NCBI GenBank assembly: GCA_050952645.1
Contig: JBMNLI010000012.1
Span: 128,001-192,000, forward strand
Source: Bdellovibrionota bacterium
GTDB lineage: Bacteria > Bdellovibrionota_C > UBA2361 > CAKMMH01
Direction of reading: 5' to 3'
DNA: 64,000 nt
Under the pieces are notes generated by a model, which made no database searches, had not been told where the DNA came from, and saw only the letters and a program-made list of their open reading frames with translations. Of the stretch, positions 29,560 to 40,163 are shown piece by piece (position 1 is the stretch's first letter; each line of letters opens with the position of its first letter). The position numbers were made by a program, and so were the translations under genes.

Positions 29560-31080
29560 TTACTTCTTAAATTCCCTTAGTGAGTTAAAAAGCTCTTCAT
29601 TATTTATAATTCTAGGGACTTTGTTTTGTCCTCCAAGTTTCCCTCTGCTTGCCATCCACATAGCAAACGTGCCAGGCTTAACAGCCTTTATTTTTGGTGG
29701 GTTTAGTCCATAGCCCTCTGCTCGATGCGCCTCATAGTCTTCATTTCTTTTACATAGCACCTTGTCGATTTTATCTGCAAACTTTTTAATATCTTCATCG
29801 TTAGGTATCTCACCTTTAAATTCCACTATGTAAAGATGCCCTCCGAGTTCGGAGGTATCCTTAGGAAAAAGAGTCCCAACGCTATAATCCGCAATTTGCT
29901 TATCTATCGATTTTGCAGCACTTACTACCGCATCTTCTACTTCCTCTAATATAAGATGCTCTCCAAAAGATGAAAGATAGTAAGAGGTTCTTCCAGTTAT
30001 GAATAATCTTGGGGGGTTAGTCTCGATAAATTTTACGGTATCTCCTAAAATATAACGCCAAAACCCAGTGCAGTTTGTCATTACAATAGCATAGTTTATA
30101 TCCTTTTCAATATTGCCAACATGGTGCACCGTTGGATTTCTTGAACCTAACTCCTCTAATGGCACAAACTCATAAAAAATGCCACTATCTAAAACCATTC
30201 TTAGCCCTTCCCCATACCCTCTGTCTTGCATTGCAATAAAGCCTTCGCTCGCAGGGTAAACCTCCCTTAGAGTTGCTTTGCTTCCTACCATTAAAGTTTT
30301 AAAAGCATCGTAATACGGAGCAAAATTAACTCCTCCATGGACAATCATTTCTAAGTTAGGAAAAATATTTTTAAATAAAAGCTCTCTATCTGGAAAAATC
30401 TCCTTATACTTATTCATAAAAATTAACATCCAACTAGGAACGCCACTAAAGAGCCTAATATCTTCATCTAATGCCATTCTTGATAAAACATCTATTTTTT
30501 CTTCCCAGTTTTTTATTAGTGCAGTCTTTTCATCTGGAAAATATCTGCTTTTTACCCACCAAGGAATATTTATGGTAGTAACGCCACTTAAATCGCCACT
30601 ATAAATATTAGGAGCTTCCTCAACTAAATCAGTGCTTCCGCCTAGCAAAAAACTTTTACCACTTAGTAATTTAGCATCAGGATTATTTATATAGTGGTAG
30701 CTAAGTAGATCTAGCCCAGCTATAACGTTGCTTCTTATCATCTGTTTAGTATATGGAATATATTTTGTAGTGCCACTGCTCGTCCCAGAACTTACTACAA
30801 AATATGGCACTTTGCCTCCATAAGTAATATTTTCAAGGTATGGAAAAGCATCTTTCCAATATTCATCCCATAAATCTTCATACGTTCTTAAGGGAACATT
30901 ATTTTGAAAATCTTTAATCGAATTAATATGGGAAAAAGAGTGTTCTTTTCCGAATTTAGTATTTTTTGAAAAATTTACTAATTTTTTTAATTGTCTTTTT
31001 TGAACTTCAGCTATATCTTGTCTTTGAAGTGATTTAAATCTAAACTTTGCATACTGTTTAATTAAGAAATTATTTATCAT
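29560..31080 (-). CDS. GH3-family (auxin-responsive promoter family) acyl-amido synthetase-like protein
   Basis: SSGTSSGTTKYIP, YPASEGF, FYEF, WRYILGDTV, GGQNKVPR. Confidence 0.93.
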   Translation of the reverse strand: MINNFLIKQYAKFRFKSLQRQDIAEVQKRQLKKLVNFSKNTKFGKEHSFSHINSIKDFQNNVPLRTYEDLWDEYWKDAFPYLENITYGGKVPYFVVSSGTSSGTTKYIPYTKQMIRSNVIAGLDLLSYHYINNPDAKLLSGKSFLLGGSTDLVEEAPNIYSGDLSGVTTINIPWWVKSRYFPDEKTALIKNWEEKIDVLSRMALDEDIRLFSGVPSWMLIFMNKYKEIFPDRELLFKNIFPNLEMIVHGGVNFAPYYDAFKTLMVGSKATLREVYPASEGFIAMQDRGYGEGLRMVLDSGIFYEFVPLEELGSRNPTVHHVGNIEKDINYAIVMTNCTGFWRYILGDTVKFIETNPPRLFITGRTSYYLSSFGEHLILEEVEDAVVSAAKSIDKQIADYSVGTLFPKDTSELGGHLYIVEFKGEIPNDEDIKKFADKIDKVLCKRNEDYEAHRAEGYGLNPPKIKAVKPGTFAMWMASRGKLGGQNKVPRIINNEELFNSLREFKK

Positions 31081-31172
31081 AAAAATGGACTCCCTAATAA
31101 CTAGCCAACATAATATTTATTCTATATAATAAATGCATTTGTGAAAAGTTTAAATTTTTAAAAGTTTTAATT

Positions 31173-32498
31173 ATGAAATTAAATCCAATATCTGGTTTTC
31201 CTGAAAGATTACCTGAAGAAAGAATTTATGAGCAAGAAATCATAGAGAAAATTAAGAAAATATACGAGTCTTACGCTTTCGTTCCTATTGAAACTCGTGC
31301 GATAGAATATTTAAGCACACTAGCTTCAAAAGCTTCGGACTCTAAAGAAATTTACTCTTTAAAGAGAGCTTTTGCACCAGAGGAAGAAATAGAAAAAGAT
31401 GCGTTTTCACTTCACTTTGATTTAACTGTGCCATTTGCAAGATACGTTGCAGAGAATTTAGCAAAACTTAATTTTCCTTTTAGAAGATACCAAGTGCAAA
31501 AAGTGTGGCGTGGTGAGCGTCCTCAAAAAGGAAGATTTAGAGAGTTTTACCAGTTTGATATCGACGTTATAGCTAGAGAGGAACTCCCTTTATCATTAGA
31601 AGCAGAGGTTCTAGAGGCTTACGTTAAGGCTTGGGGAGTGTTCGACTTTTTAAACTATAAAATATTTTTTAATAATAGAAAAATATTACTAGGATTTTAT
31701 GAAGCTTTAGGTATAAGTGAAGATAAAAGAAAAGATGTGATAAAAGCGGTCGATAAAATTAGTAAAATTTATGAAGATGGCGTTAGAGAAGAACTAATAG
31801 CTTTAAATATTGATAGCGAAAGTATAAATAAGATTTTAGAATTTTCTAAAGGGCGTTTTACGCATAGCGATGCCATAAAATATTTAAAAGAAAAATATTT
31901 AAAAGAATTAAAGATAACTTCTAAGTTGTTCACATTAGGAATAGAAGAGATGGAAACTATTTTTTCTTTGCTTTCAGATGAGGTGCTATCGAAAATTATA
32001 GTCGATTTTAGTCTTGCTAGAGGTCTAGATTATTACACGGGAAGCATTTTTGAGGTAAAACTAGAAGACCGCTTAGAGTATGGAGCTTTAGGAGCAGGGG
32101 GTTCGTATGAAAATCTTTGTGGTGATTTTATAAATAAAAGCCTGCCTGGTATGGGGGCTTCTATCGGAATTACTAGAATAGTTTCTCTTATTATCGATGA
32201 GGGTTTAGTAAGCTTAAAAAAATCTTTAGCAAATATTTTAATTGCAGTTTATGATGAAGCACAAAGAAAAAAGTGTAATAAAATCGCTAATAAGCTTAGA
32301 AAGCTTGGATATAATACTGAGGTTTTTTATAAATCGATAAAAATAGGAAAGCAAATAGAGTATGCGGATAAATTAGGCATTCCATTTATTTTGTTTTTAG
32401 ACCCTAATGATAATAAGACGATTTCAATTAAAAATTTAAAAACAAAGGAGCAAAAAGTTTTAGATAACCTAGAAAGTTTGAGGGAGATATGCAAGTAG
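31173..32498 (+). CDS. hisS: Histidine--tRNA ligase
   Basis: FDLTVPFARY, WRGERPQKGRFREFYQFDID, LARGLDYYTG. Confidence 0.97.
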   Translation: MKLNPISGFPERLPEERIYEQEIIEKIKKIYESYAFVPIETRAIEYLSTLASKASDSKEIYSLKRAFAPEEEIEKDAFSLHFDLTVPFARYVAENLAKLNFPFRRYQVQKVWRGERPQKGRFREFYQFDIDVIAREELPLSLEAEVLEAYVKAWGVFDFLNYKIFFNNRKILLGFYEALGISEDKRKDVIKAVDKISKIYEDGVREELIALNIDSESINKILEFSKGRFTHSDAIKYLKEKYLKELKITSKLFTLGIEEMETIFSLLSDEVLSKIIVDFSLARGLDYYTGSIFEVKLEDRLEYGALGAGGSYENLCGDFINKSLPGMGASIGITRIVSLIIDEGLVSLKKSLANILIAVYDEAQRKKCNKIANKLRKLGYNTEVFYKSIKIGKQIEYADKLGIPFILFLDPNDNKTISIKNLKTKEQKVLDNLESLREICK

Positions 32499-34027
32499 AA
32501 ATCGGGAAGCAAGTAAAAACAGAAAAGTTAGAAAAGGTAGAAAAATTAAATTTAAGCAAATTAAAAAAAATTCACTTTGTGGGAATCGGTGGTTCTGCAA
32601 TTAGTGCAGTAGCAAGGTTGCTTTTTAAAAATAATATAAAAATAACTGGCTCAGATGCTTCAAAAAATGCTATGACTGAATCGCTTTCAGAGTTAGGAAT
32701 AAAGATATTTGATAGCCAAGTAAAAGAAAATTTAAGATATGAAGATGAGCTTCCAGACCTAGTGTTAATATCCCCTGCACTAATATTTTTAGATCCTAAT
32801 AATGAAGAAATTTTATATGCAAAAGAAAAAAATATCCGAGTTTTAACTTGGCAAGAATTTTTAGGTGATTACTTAGATGCCTTAGATAAGTTTGGGCTTA
32901 TAACTTGCGGAAGTGAGGGCAAGGGGACTACTTGTAGCTTTTTAAAGTGGATATTAAAGGGAACTAAGTATGACCCTTTAACGATATTAGGAGCAAATTT
33001 AAAGGATATAAATGAGATAGGGAAAAAATCAAACGTATATGAGGGAAGTAGCAATACGTATATTCTTGAAGGGGATGAGTTTAATAAAAATTTTCATAAT
33101 TACCATCCCCATATCGTGATGATGGTAAATTTTCAATATGAGCATCCAGAGTTTTATAAAAATTTTGATGAATATAAAAAATCTTTTTATGAATTTTTTT
33201 GTGGCATGAAAGGAGATGATAAAACTCTTATATTTAGAGCTACAGAAAATATGGTAAAGTTAGTAAAAGAATATGATTTAGAAAAAACTCATAAAATTAT
33301 TTGGTATAAAAACAGTGATGACGATGTAGAAAATAATGTAGAAAATAATATAGAAGTAAATTGTGATTATATTATAAGCAATGTTTCTAAAAATGGTGAA
33401 AAAGGAATAAAATTTATGTTAGAAACTCCTAAGGGAAGTTGCATGTTTAATATAAATGCTTTTCCTTATTATTTAGCGAATAATAGCACGGCTGCTATAA
33501 TTTGTGCTATGGAGTTAGGTCTTTCACTCGAGGAGATTTGGACTAATATTCAAAGATTTAATGGTATTGAAAGGCGTTTCGATGTGTATAAATTCGGGAA
33601 AAATGGGACTATCATTACTGATTATGGGCACTCGCCGAGTTCTATAAGACAAGTAGTAAAAGAGGCAAGAGAGTTTTTCCCAAATAAAAAATTACATCTA
33701 GTTTTCCAGCCTCATCTTTTTTCTAGAACTTATAATTTTTTTGATGAGTTGATAAGTGAACTTTCTAAGGCGGATAAGGTAAGTCTAGTAGATGTATATC
33801 CTGCAAGAGAAAGAAAAGAAGATTGGGAAGATAAGATACACTCGAAAATGCTAGTAGATAAATTAAATGAAAATAATATCGATGCTGAATATATAGGAGA
33901 GGCAAATAAGGTTCACGAAGCGCTCTTAGGAAAGGTAAACGATGGCGAGACTACGCTCTTTATGGGAGCTGGGGACATGGATAAGTCTTATAAAAAATTG
34001 TTCGCTAAGTTAGAAGCAGAAAATTAA
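32489..34027 (+). CDS. murC: UDP-N-acetylmuramate--L-alanine ligase with atypical P-loop
   Basis: HFVGIGGSAIS, GSD, EGDE, DYGHSP, FQPHLFSRT, VYPARE, MGAGD. Confidence 0.85.
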   Translation: MQVEIGKQVKTEKLEKVEKLNLSKLKKIHFVGIGGSAISAVARLLFKNNIKITGSDASKNAMTESLSELGIKIFDSQVKENLRYEDELPDLVLISPALIFLDPNNEEILYAKEKNIRVLTWQEFLGDYLDALDKFGLITCGSEGKGTTCSFLKWILKGTKYDPLTILGANLKDINEIGKKSNVYEGSSNTYILEGDEFNKNFHNYHPHIVMMVNFQYEHPEFYKNFDEYKKSFYEFFCGMKGDDKTLIFRATENMVKLVKEYDLEKTHKIIWYKNSDDDVENNVENNIEVNCDYIISNVSKNGEKGIKFMLETPKGSCMFNINAFPYYLANNSTAAIICAMELGLSLEEIWTNIQRFNGIERRFDVYKFGKNGTIITDYGHSPSSIRQVVKEAREFFPNKKLHLVFQPHLFSRTYNFFDELISELSKADKVSLVDVYPARERKEDWEDKIHSKMLVDKLNENNIDAEYIGEANKVHEALLGKVNDGETTLFMGAGDMDKSYKKLFAKLEAEN

Positions 34028-34063
34028 AATTTAAATTAAAATTTAAATAAGGAAAAAAATATT

Positions 34064-34609
34064 ATGAAAAAAATTTACGCAACGACGATTTTAGCGGTTA
34101 GATATAATAAAAAATTAGTTTTTATTGGAGATGGACAAGTAACGCAAGGCGCTGTGGTGCTAAAGCATCACGCTAAGAAAGTGCGTAAAATAGAAGGATA
34201 TGATGTTTTAGGTGGCTTTGCTGGTTCTGCTGCCGATGCGTTTACTCTTTTTGAAATGTTTGAAAAAAAATTAAAAGAGTTTAGCGGAAATTTAACTAAA
34301 GCGTCAGTGGCGCTCGCAAAAGATTGGAGAGCAGATAAGTATTTAAGAGTTCTTGAAGCAAGCTTACTAGTTGGAGATAAAAAAGATTTATACTTGATCT
34401 CGGGTGATGGAAATATAGTAGCACCAGATAGCGATAATATAATGGCGATAGGTAGTGGCGGAGATTATGCACTAAGTGCAGCTAAGGGGATAATTTCTAC
34501 AAAACCTAAATTAAGCGCTAAGGATATTGCGACTAAGGCTATGAAGATAGCCTCCGAGATATGCATTTATACGAACGATAATTTTACGCTTGAAGAAATA
34601 GATTGTTAA
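34064..34609 (+). CDS. hslV: ATP-dependent protease subunit HslV
   Basis: ATTILAV (catalytic Thr), GDGQVT, GFAGSAADAFTL, IGSGG. Confidence 0.97.
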   Translation: MKKIYATTILAVRYNKKLVFIGDGQVTQGAVVLKHHAKKVRKIEGYDVLGGFAGSAADAFTLFEMFEKKLKEFSGNLTKASVALAKDWRADKYLRVLEASLLVGDKKDLYLISGDGNIVAPDSDNIMAIGSGGDYALSAAKGIISTKPKLSAKDIATKAMKIASEICIYTNDNFTLEEIDC

Positions 34610-34659
34610 ATTAAATATTTTTTTAAAATAGTTATACTTTAAAGGGAATTTAGATTTTT

Positions 34660-36189
34660 ATGACTAATGATAAGACTAGTAGCAAGATAAGCAGTAAGAC
34701 TAACAGCAAGACTAACAATAAAATTAAGGTAAAGGCTATAAATAATATTATGGCTAATAGTGAGCTTACTCCAAAAGAGATAGTAAAAGAGTTAGATAAA
34801 TACATTATTGCACAAAAAGAAGCAAAAAAAGCGGTAGCCATAGCACTTAGAAATAGATGGAGACGAATGCAGCTAGACGATGAGCTAAAGGAAGAGATAA
34901 CACCTAAAAATATTATAATGATCGGAGCAACAGGAGTTGGAAAGACTGAAATCTCTAGACGTTTAGCAAGACTAGTTAAGGCTCCGTTTATAAAAGTTGA
35001 GGCTTCTAAGTTTACGGAGGTTGGGTATGTAGGAAGAGATGTCGAGTCGATAATTCGTGAGCTTATGGATTGTTCGTATAATTTAGTTAAAAACGAAGAG
35101 ATAGAAAAAGTAAGGAAAAAAGCTGAAAAAATAGTAGATGAAAAAATACTCGATGCTTTAATGGAAAAATATAAGGAAAAATATAAGGAAAAGTATAAGG
35201 AAAAGTATAGTGAAAAATATAAAAAATCGTTTGAAGTAATCGTTGATGAAAAAAATAATAAAAATAATTTTGGCAGAGAAAAATTTAGTAAAGAGGATAT
35301 CGAAAAATTTAATAAAAAAAGAGATGAGTTAAGGAAAAAGCTTAAAAGTGGAAAACTAGAAGATGAGGAAATAGAGTATAGAGTAACTAAACAAATTCAA
35401 ACTCAAATGCAAATAATGGGTCCTATGGGCATCGGGGAAATCGAAGGGCAAATAAAGGATATATTTTCTAGCATGCTTCCTAAACAAAGAGAAAAAAAGA
35501 TAACTCTAGTTAAAGATGCAAGAAAAATTTTGCTTTCGGAAATTTCTGAAGATATGTTAAATAATGAAAAAATAGTATCTGAAGCTTTAAGGCGTTCTGA
35601 GCAAACTGGAATAGTTTTTATAGATGAGATAGATAAGATAGCACAAGTAGGGGAAATAAAAGGCTCTGATGTATCAAAAGAAGGAGTGCAAAGAGATTTA
35701 CTTCCTTTAGTTGAAGGATGCACGGTAGGCACTAAGTATGGAAGCGTTAAAACGGATCATATCTTATTTATAACCTCTGGGGCGTTTCACACCTGCAAGC
35801 CATCAGATTTAATGCCAGAGTTTCAAGGGCGTTTTCCTATTAGAGTAGAACTAGAAGATTTAACTGCTGAGCATTTAGAAAAGATTTTAAAAGAACCAAA
35901 ACATGCGATAACTAAGCAATATATAGCACTTCTAGCCACTGAAGGGGTAGACCTTAAATTTACTAACGATGGTATAAAAGAGATCGCAAAATACACCGCA
36001 TTAGTTAACCAAAAAACTGAAAATATAGGTGCAAGAAGACTTCACACTCTTTTAGAAAAAATCTTAGAAGACATTTCATTTAATGCTAATGAAATGAAAA
36101 ACAAGAAAGTTGTAATAGATGCAAAATTTGTAAAAAAACAATTAAGTGAGATCGTAAAAGATGAAGATTTAAGTAGGTATATATTATAA
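34660..36189 (+). CDS. hslU: ATP-dependent protease ATPase subunit HslU (start may be 34750)
   Basis: LTPKEIV, GATGVGKTEI, FTEVGYVG, EGVQRDLLP, ENIGARRL. Confidence 0.97.
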   Translation: MTNDKTSSKISSKTNSKTNNKIKVKAINNIMANSELTPKEIVKELDKYIIAQKEAKKAVAIALRNRWRRMQLDDELKEEITPKNIIMIGATGVGKTEISRRLARLVKAPFIKVEASKFTEVGYVGRDVESIIRELMDCSYNLVKNEEIEKVRKKAEKIVDEKILDALMEKYKEKYKEKYKEKYSEKYKKSFEVIVDEKNNKNNFGREKFSKEDIEKFNKKRDELRKKLKSGKLEDEEIEYRVTKQIQTQMQIMGPMGIGEIEGQIKDIFSSMLPKQREKKITLVKDARKILLSEISEDMLNNEKIVSEALRRSEQTGIVFIDEIDKIAQVGEIKGSDVSKEGVQRDLLPLVEGCTVGTKYGSVKTDHILFITSGAFHTCKPSDLMPEFQGRFPIRVELEDLTAEHLEKILKEPKHAITKQYIALLATEGVDLKFTNDGIKEIAKYTALVNQKTENIGARRLHTLLEKILEDISFNANEMKNKKVVIDAKFVKKQLSEIVKDEDLSRYIL

Positions 36190-36357
36190 ATATATATATA
36201 TATAAATATTTACTTAAATGTTTTTAGTAGATAATGGTTTTTTGTATTTTAAAGAGGGTTTAAGTTAATTCTCCTAAAAAAAAGATTTTTTAAACCTGTT
36301 TAAAATACACGAGAACAAAAAATAATTTAGAAAAAAATTTTTAGATTAGGAAACTAT

Positions 36358-38013
36358 ATGGCACTATTTTTTAAAAATAAAATTAGCTATACGGCGCTAG
36401 TTTTTTTATTTATATGTATAGGTTTTATCGTTAGGTTGATATACTTAGGCGAGGTTCCTGGAAATGGTGCTCTAAACTACGATGAAGCTTATGGCGGTTA
36501 TGAGGCTTGGTCTATGCTTCATTATGGGCACGACTCGAGAGGGTATAAAAATTTTCCTGTATATTTAAAAACTTGGGGATCTGGCATGAGTTTGCTTCCT
36601 AATCTTTCTATGATGCCTTTTATAAAATTTTTAGACTTAACGCCACTTGCTATCAGGCTTCCGCAAGCTATTTTAGGTTGCATTTCTCTTGTCGTATTCT
36701 TTTTATTAGTTTTAAAAATAAAAGGACTCTTTGAGGGGTTAGTCGCCCTGTTTTTACTTAGCATTTGTCCTTGGCATATAATGATGTCTAGATGGGGGCT
36801 AGATTGTAATTTTTTCCCTGGGTTTTTGCTTATTAGCATATATTTACTAGTAAAATCAAAAGAGAATAAAAATTATTTTTATTTATCTATGATATTTTTT
36901 GGCTTAACGCTTTATACTTACGCCGCTCCTTGGACTATAATGCCATTTTTAGTTATGCATCTTTTATATTTTGTAGTTCTAAAAGGCAATATTATAAATA
37001 TTTTTAAAAAAGAGGTATTTTTAAAATTATTATTCGGTTTTTTTATTTTGTTTATAATCTCTCTTCCTTTAATGCTGCTCGTTTTAGTAAATTTAGATTA
37101 TTTAGATGAATTTTCTTTTGGTATTTTTTCTATTCCACGTTTTAATTGTTTTCGCTATCGTGATGTAAATTTTAGTTTTAATGTAGTTTTAAGAAGAATA
37201 TTAGTTTTTTTACACATAATAATATTTAAGCAATCTGATGGTCTATTTTTTAACTCTCTAGATAATATTGGGATATACTATAGAATCACTTCCTTTTTCT
37301 TTATAATAGGTTTTTATACCGAATTTAAAAAATATTTAAAACGTAAAATTTTAGGCATTAAAAATCCACTCTCTCATATTATGCTTATATGGCTATTTTA
37401 TGCGTTTGTACTTTCATTGCTAATAGATATAAATGTAAATAGATTAAACATAGTGCATCTACCTATAATATATTTTTCTGCCGTAGGGATTTGTGTTTTT
37501 CTAAATAGTATTAGGGAAAAAAATATTAAAGAAAAAAACATTAAGAAAAGCAGAACGCAAGCTTTTAAGATAGCAAATATAGCGATTGTGTTTTTATACT
37601 TATCTTTATTTTCTAATTTTGTAAAATTTTATTTTACAGAGCATTCAGATATATTTTATCACTTCTTTTTTGGTGAAATGCCAAAAGTTTTAGAAAAAGT
37701 AAAGGATTTAACTAAGGATAATTCGCATGCGCTTATTCACACTGATACTAGCTATTTTGCTTATCCTAATATTCTTTTTTACTTAAAATTTCCAACTGAT
37801 GAATATTTAAAGACTGTAAAATTTGTAGATGTGAGGATTCCCGTTCAACCTATAATAGGTTTTTCTAATTTTAGGTTTTCCTCATCTGTGCATAGTACGT
37901 ATAAAAAAGGTGATATCTATATATTAGAAAATAGAAATAGCGAGCATAGAAATTTTATCGTACGCAATAAATTAAAGTATGATATCTTTGGCAGGTATTT
38001 ACTAGCTTATTAG
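36358..38013 (+). CDS. ArnT/PMT-like (GT-C) membrane glycosyltransferase
   Basis: LNYDEA after the first helix, IRLP, PWHIMMSRWG, many transmembrane segments. Confidence 0.85.
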   Translation: MALFFKNKISYTALVFLFICIGFIVRLIYLGEVPGNGALNYDEAYGGYEAWSMLHYGHDSRGYKNFPVYLKTWGSGMSLLPNLSMMPFIKFLDLTPLAIRLPQAILGCISLVVFFLLVLKIKGLFEGLVALFLLSICPWHIMMSRWGLDCNFFPGFLLISIYLLVKSKENKNYFYLSMIFFGLTLYTYAAPWTIMPFLVMHLLYFVVLKGNIINIFKKEVFLKLLFGFFILFIISLPLMLLVLVNLDYLDEFSFGIFSIPRFNCFRYRDVNFSFNVVLRRILVFLHIIIFKQSDGLFFNSLDNIGIYYRITSFFFIIGFYTEFKKYLKRKILGIKNPLSHIMLIWLFYAFVLSLLIDINVNRLNIVHLPIIYFSAVGICVFLNSIREKNIKEKNIKKSRTQAFKIANIAIVFLYLSLFSNFVKFYFTEHSDIFYHFFFGEMPKVLEKVKDLTKDNSHALIHTDTSYFAYPNILFYLKFPTDEYLKTVKFVDVRIPVQPIIGFSNFRFSSSVHSTYKKGDIYILENRNSEHRNFIVRNKLKYDIFGRYLLAY

Positions 38014-39356
38014 TTTTTTTCTAAATTTTTTAAGTATTTTATTAAAAATTCTTTTTCGTTTTTGCTAGGATCTTCTATTATTAACTCTAGTAATTTGTTT
38101 TTTATTTCTCCTATTTTTTTCGATCGAGGAAGTGCTAAGACGTCCATAATATCATTTCCTGAAATGGCGAGTTTAAAAAAATCTCTATTTTTTTGTGCTT
38201 CAATCTCTGCATTGTAGCGAAGTAGAAAATTATCTAATCTTTCATTAAACTTTTTGTTATCCATAGTAGGGGGTTTGTCGGCTTTTATAAGCATAAGCCA
38301 AGAGTTAAAATTTCCTTTTAAATCTCTTATAAGGCGTCTAATCCCTGCATCTCCTGCATCGAGACTACGCATATGAAGATTAACTACCGTTAGAACCGTA
38401 TCTATAGTTTTTTTAGGAAAGCAGAGACGCTCTAAAAAAATTTTTGCTATTTTAGTGCTTACTTTTTCATGTCCGTAAAAATGGCGTTCTCCTTGCTCGT
38501 CTATAGAAACGGTGTGAGGTTTTCCCGTATCGTGAAGAAGGGCTGCAAGTCTAACCTCTAAGATAGGCGGAGTGTTGTTTACTACATTTAGGGTGTGATC
38601 AAATACGTTTTCGATGTGATATTTATTTTGTTTGCAATTTACCATTGGGGTTAGCTCGGGGAAAAGCTCGTTTAAAAAATTAAATTCCACAAGTTTTTTA
38701 AATGCGTTTTTTGGATTTTCTGAAATTAAAATATTTGATAGCTCATCTTTTATACGCTCTATGCTAACACCTTTAATACTTTCAAAGTTTTCTTTTGCGG
38801 CATCTATTAGGTTTTTTGCTGGCTCTCTATTTTGAGCGTATGAAAAACGAAACATTCTAAGTATTCTTAGTGGGTCATCTAAGAAAATTTTTTTTGCATC
38901 ACACGGGCATTCTAGCACATTATTTTTTAGAGCGTTTAGTCCGAAAAAAGGGTCTATAATCTCGTTATTTATAACATCGAAAGCGATAGCGTTTATAGAA
39001 AAATCACGCAATCTTAAATCTTCTAAAAGCGTGTTTTCTTTTCCTCTAAATTCAGTTATTTCTACTTTTTGGTTTTCTAAATATACGCTAATAGTTCCAT
39101 GGCGTTTGCCAGTATCTATAACTTTTAATGTTTTTTCTAGTATACGTGAAACCTCTTTTATGTTTAAACTAGTGCATAAATCGATATCTTTTACCTTATT
39201 TTTAAGCGCAATATCTCTTATCACTCCGCCTACAAGGTAAATTTCAGAGAAATCTTTTAATTTAACGATAATTTCTAGTAGTAATGTATGTTCTTTAACT
39301 AGTTTGGTAAGTTTTTGTTTTAGCACATTTTCTTTTAACATATTTTCTTTTAACAT
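38010..39356 (-). CDS. cca: CCA tRNA nucleotidyltransferase with HD domain
   Basis: YLVGGVIRD..KDID, RDFSINA, DDPLRILR, SIERI, LLHDTGKP. Confidence 0.92.
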   Translation of the reverse strand: MLKENMLKENVLKQKLTKLVKEHTLLLEIIVKLKDFSEIYLVGGVIRDIALKNKVKDIDLCTSLNIKEVSRILEKTLKVIDTGKRHGTISVYLENQKVEITEFRGKENTLLEDLRLRDFSINAIAFDVINNEIIDPFFGLNALKNNVLECPCDAKKIFLDDPLRILRMFRFSYAQNREPAKNLIDAAKENFESIKGVSIERIKDELSNILISENPKNAFKKLVEFNFLNELFPELTPMVNCKQNKYHIENVFDHTLNVVNNTPPILEVRLAALLHDTGKPHTVSIDEQGERHFYGHEKVSTKIAKIFLERLCFPKKTIDTVLTVVNLHMRSLDAGDAGIRRLIRDLKGNFNSWLMLIKADKPPTMDNKKFNERLDNFLLRYNAEIEAQKNRDFFKLAISGNDIMDVLALPRSKKIGEIKNKLLELIIEDPSKNEKEFLIKYLKNLEKN

Positions 39357-39490
39357 AATGTAAGTATTATTAAAGATAAATTAAGTTTTGTAAAATTAAA
39401 TTTGATTTTATTTTAAAATATTGAGAGAATAATTTTAAAGATCGTATTTCTTAGAGGTTCTTTATTTGCAAATTAGAAAGAGAGTAGAAG

Positions 39491-40036
39491 ATGGCTAAAA
39501 AGTGTCCCCTTAAACTTAAAAAGATTTATTCTGAGGGAATGAGAGAAGGTGTTAAAGGGACTTTCAATAAGAACTATAAAAAAGCTATGCTTGAAGTTCG
39601 TGAAAAGTTTAATGAATATCAAAAAAACCAAGGACCTACGTATATAAACTCTAAAGGTTCTAAAGAAGATTTTAGTTATATTTCAAAATATTTTAAAAGA
39701 TATATAGAGGGTGCAAGAAGATATTTAATATTAGGATTAGATAAGGAAAATTTTAACTCGATACGTAATTTTCAAGAAAACGCATCGAAATCTGTAGAAG
39801 AATTTCTAAAAGCTAACCCTGAACTAATACCTTATATCAACAAGATACTTGATGAAGAACAAAGTTCTGTTATAAAGTGTATTACTGGTAAGTCTCCTAA
39901 AGATTTCGATGTTTGGGCAATCGAGACTAATAATTACCTTGGAGATTTATTGTGGCTTGAACGTAGAGAGCTTGAAAAAGATCTTAAACCTGACATTAAA
40001 AGTTTTCTAGAAAATAAAGGTAAAAGGCGGATTTAA
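39491..40036 (+). CDS. Orphan protein, 181 aa
   Basis: Clean ORF between cca and tpiA. No recognised motif. Confidence 0.75.
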   Translation: MAKKCPLKLKKIYSEGMREGVKGTFNKNYKKAMLEVREKFNEYQKNQGPTYINSKGSKEDFSYISKYFKRYIEGARRYLILGLDKENFNSIRNFQENASKSVEEFLKANPELIPYINKILDEEQSSVIKCITGKSPKDFDVWAIETNNYLGDLLWLERRELEKDLKPDIKSFLENKGKRRI

Positions 40037-40163
40037 ACTCGCATTTTTTTGATTTTGAAATAATATTAGAAAACGACCTTTTGCACTAGGTGGAAGGGCG
40101 GCTTTGCCTAAATTAGAGCAAAGCTCCTCCTCCTAGCTCATGTTTTTTTTGCCTTATTTTTTC

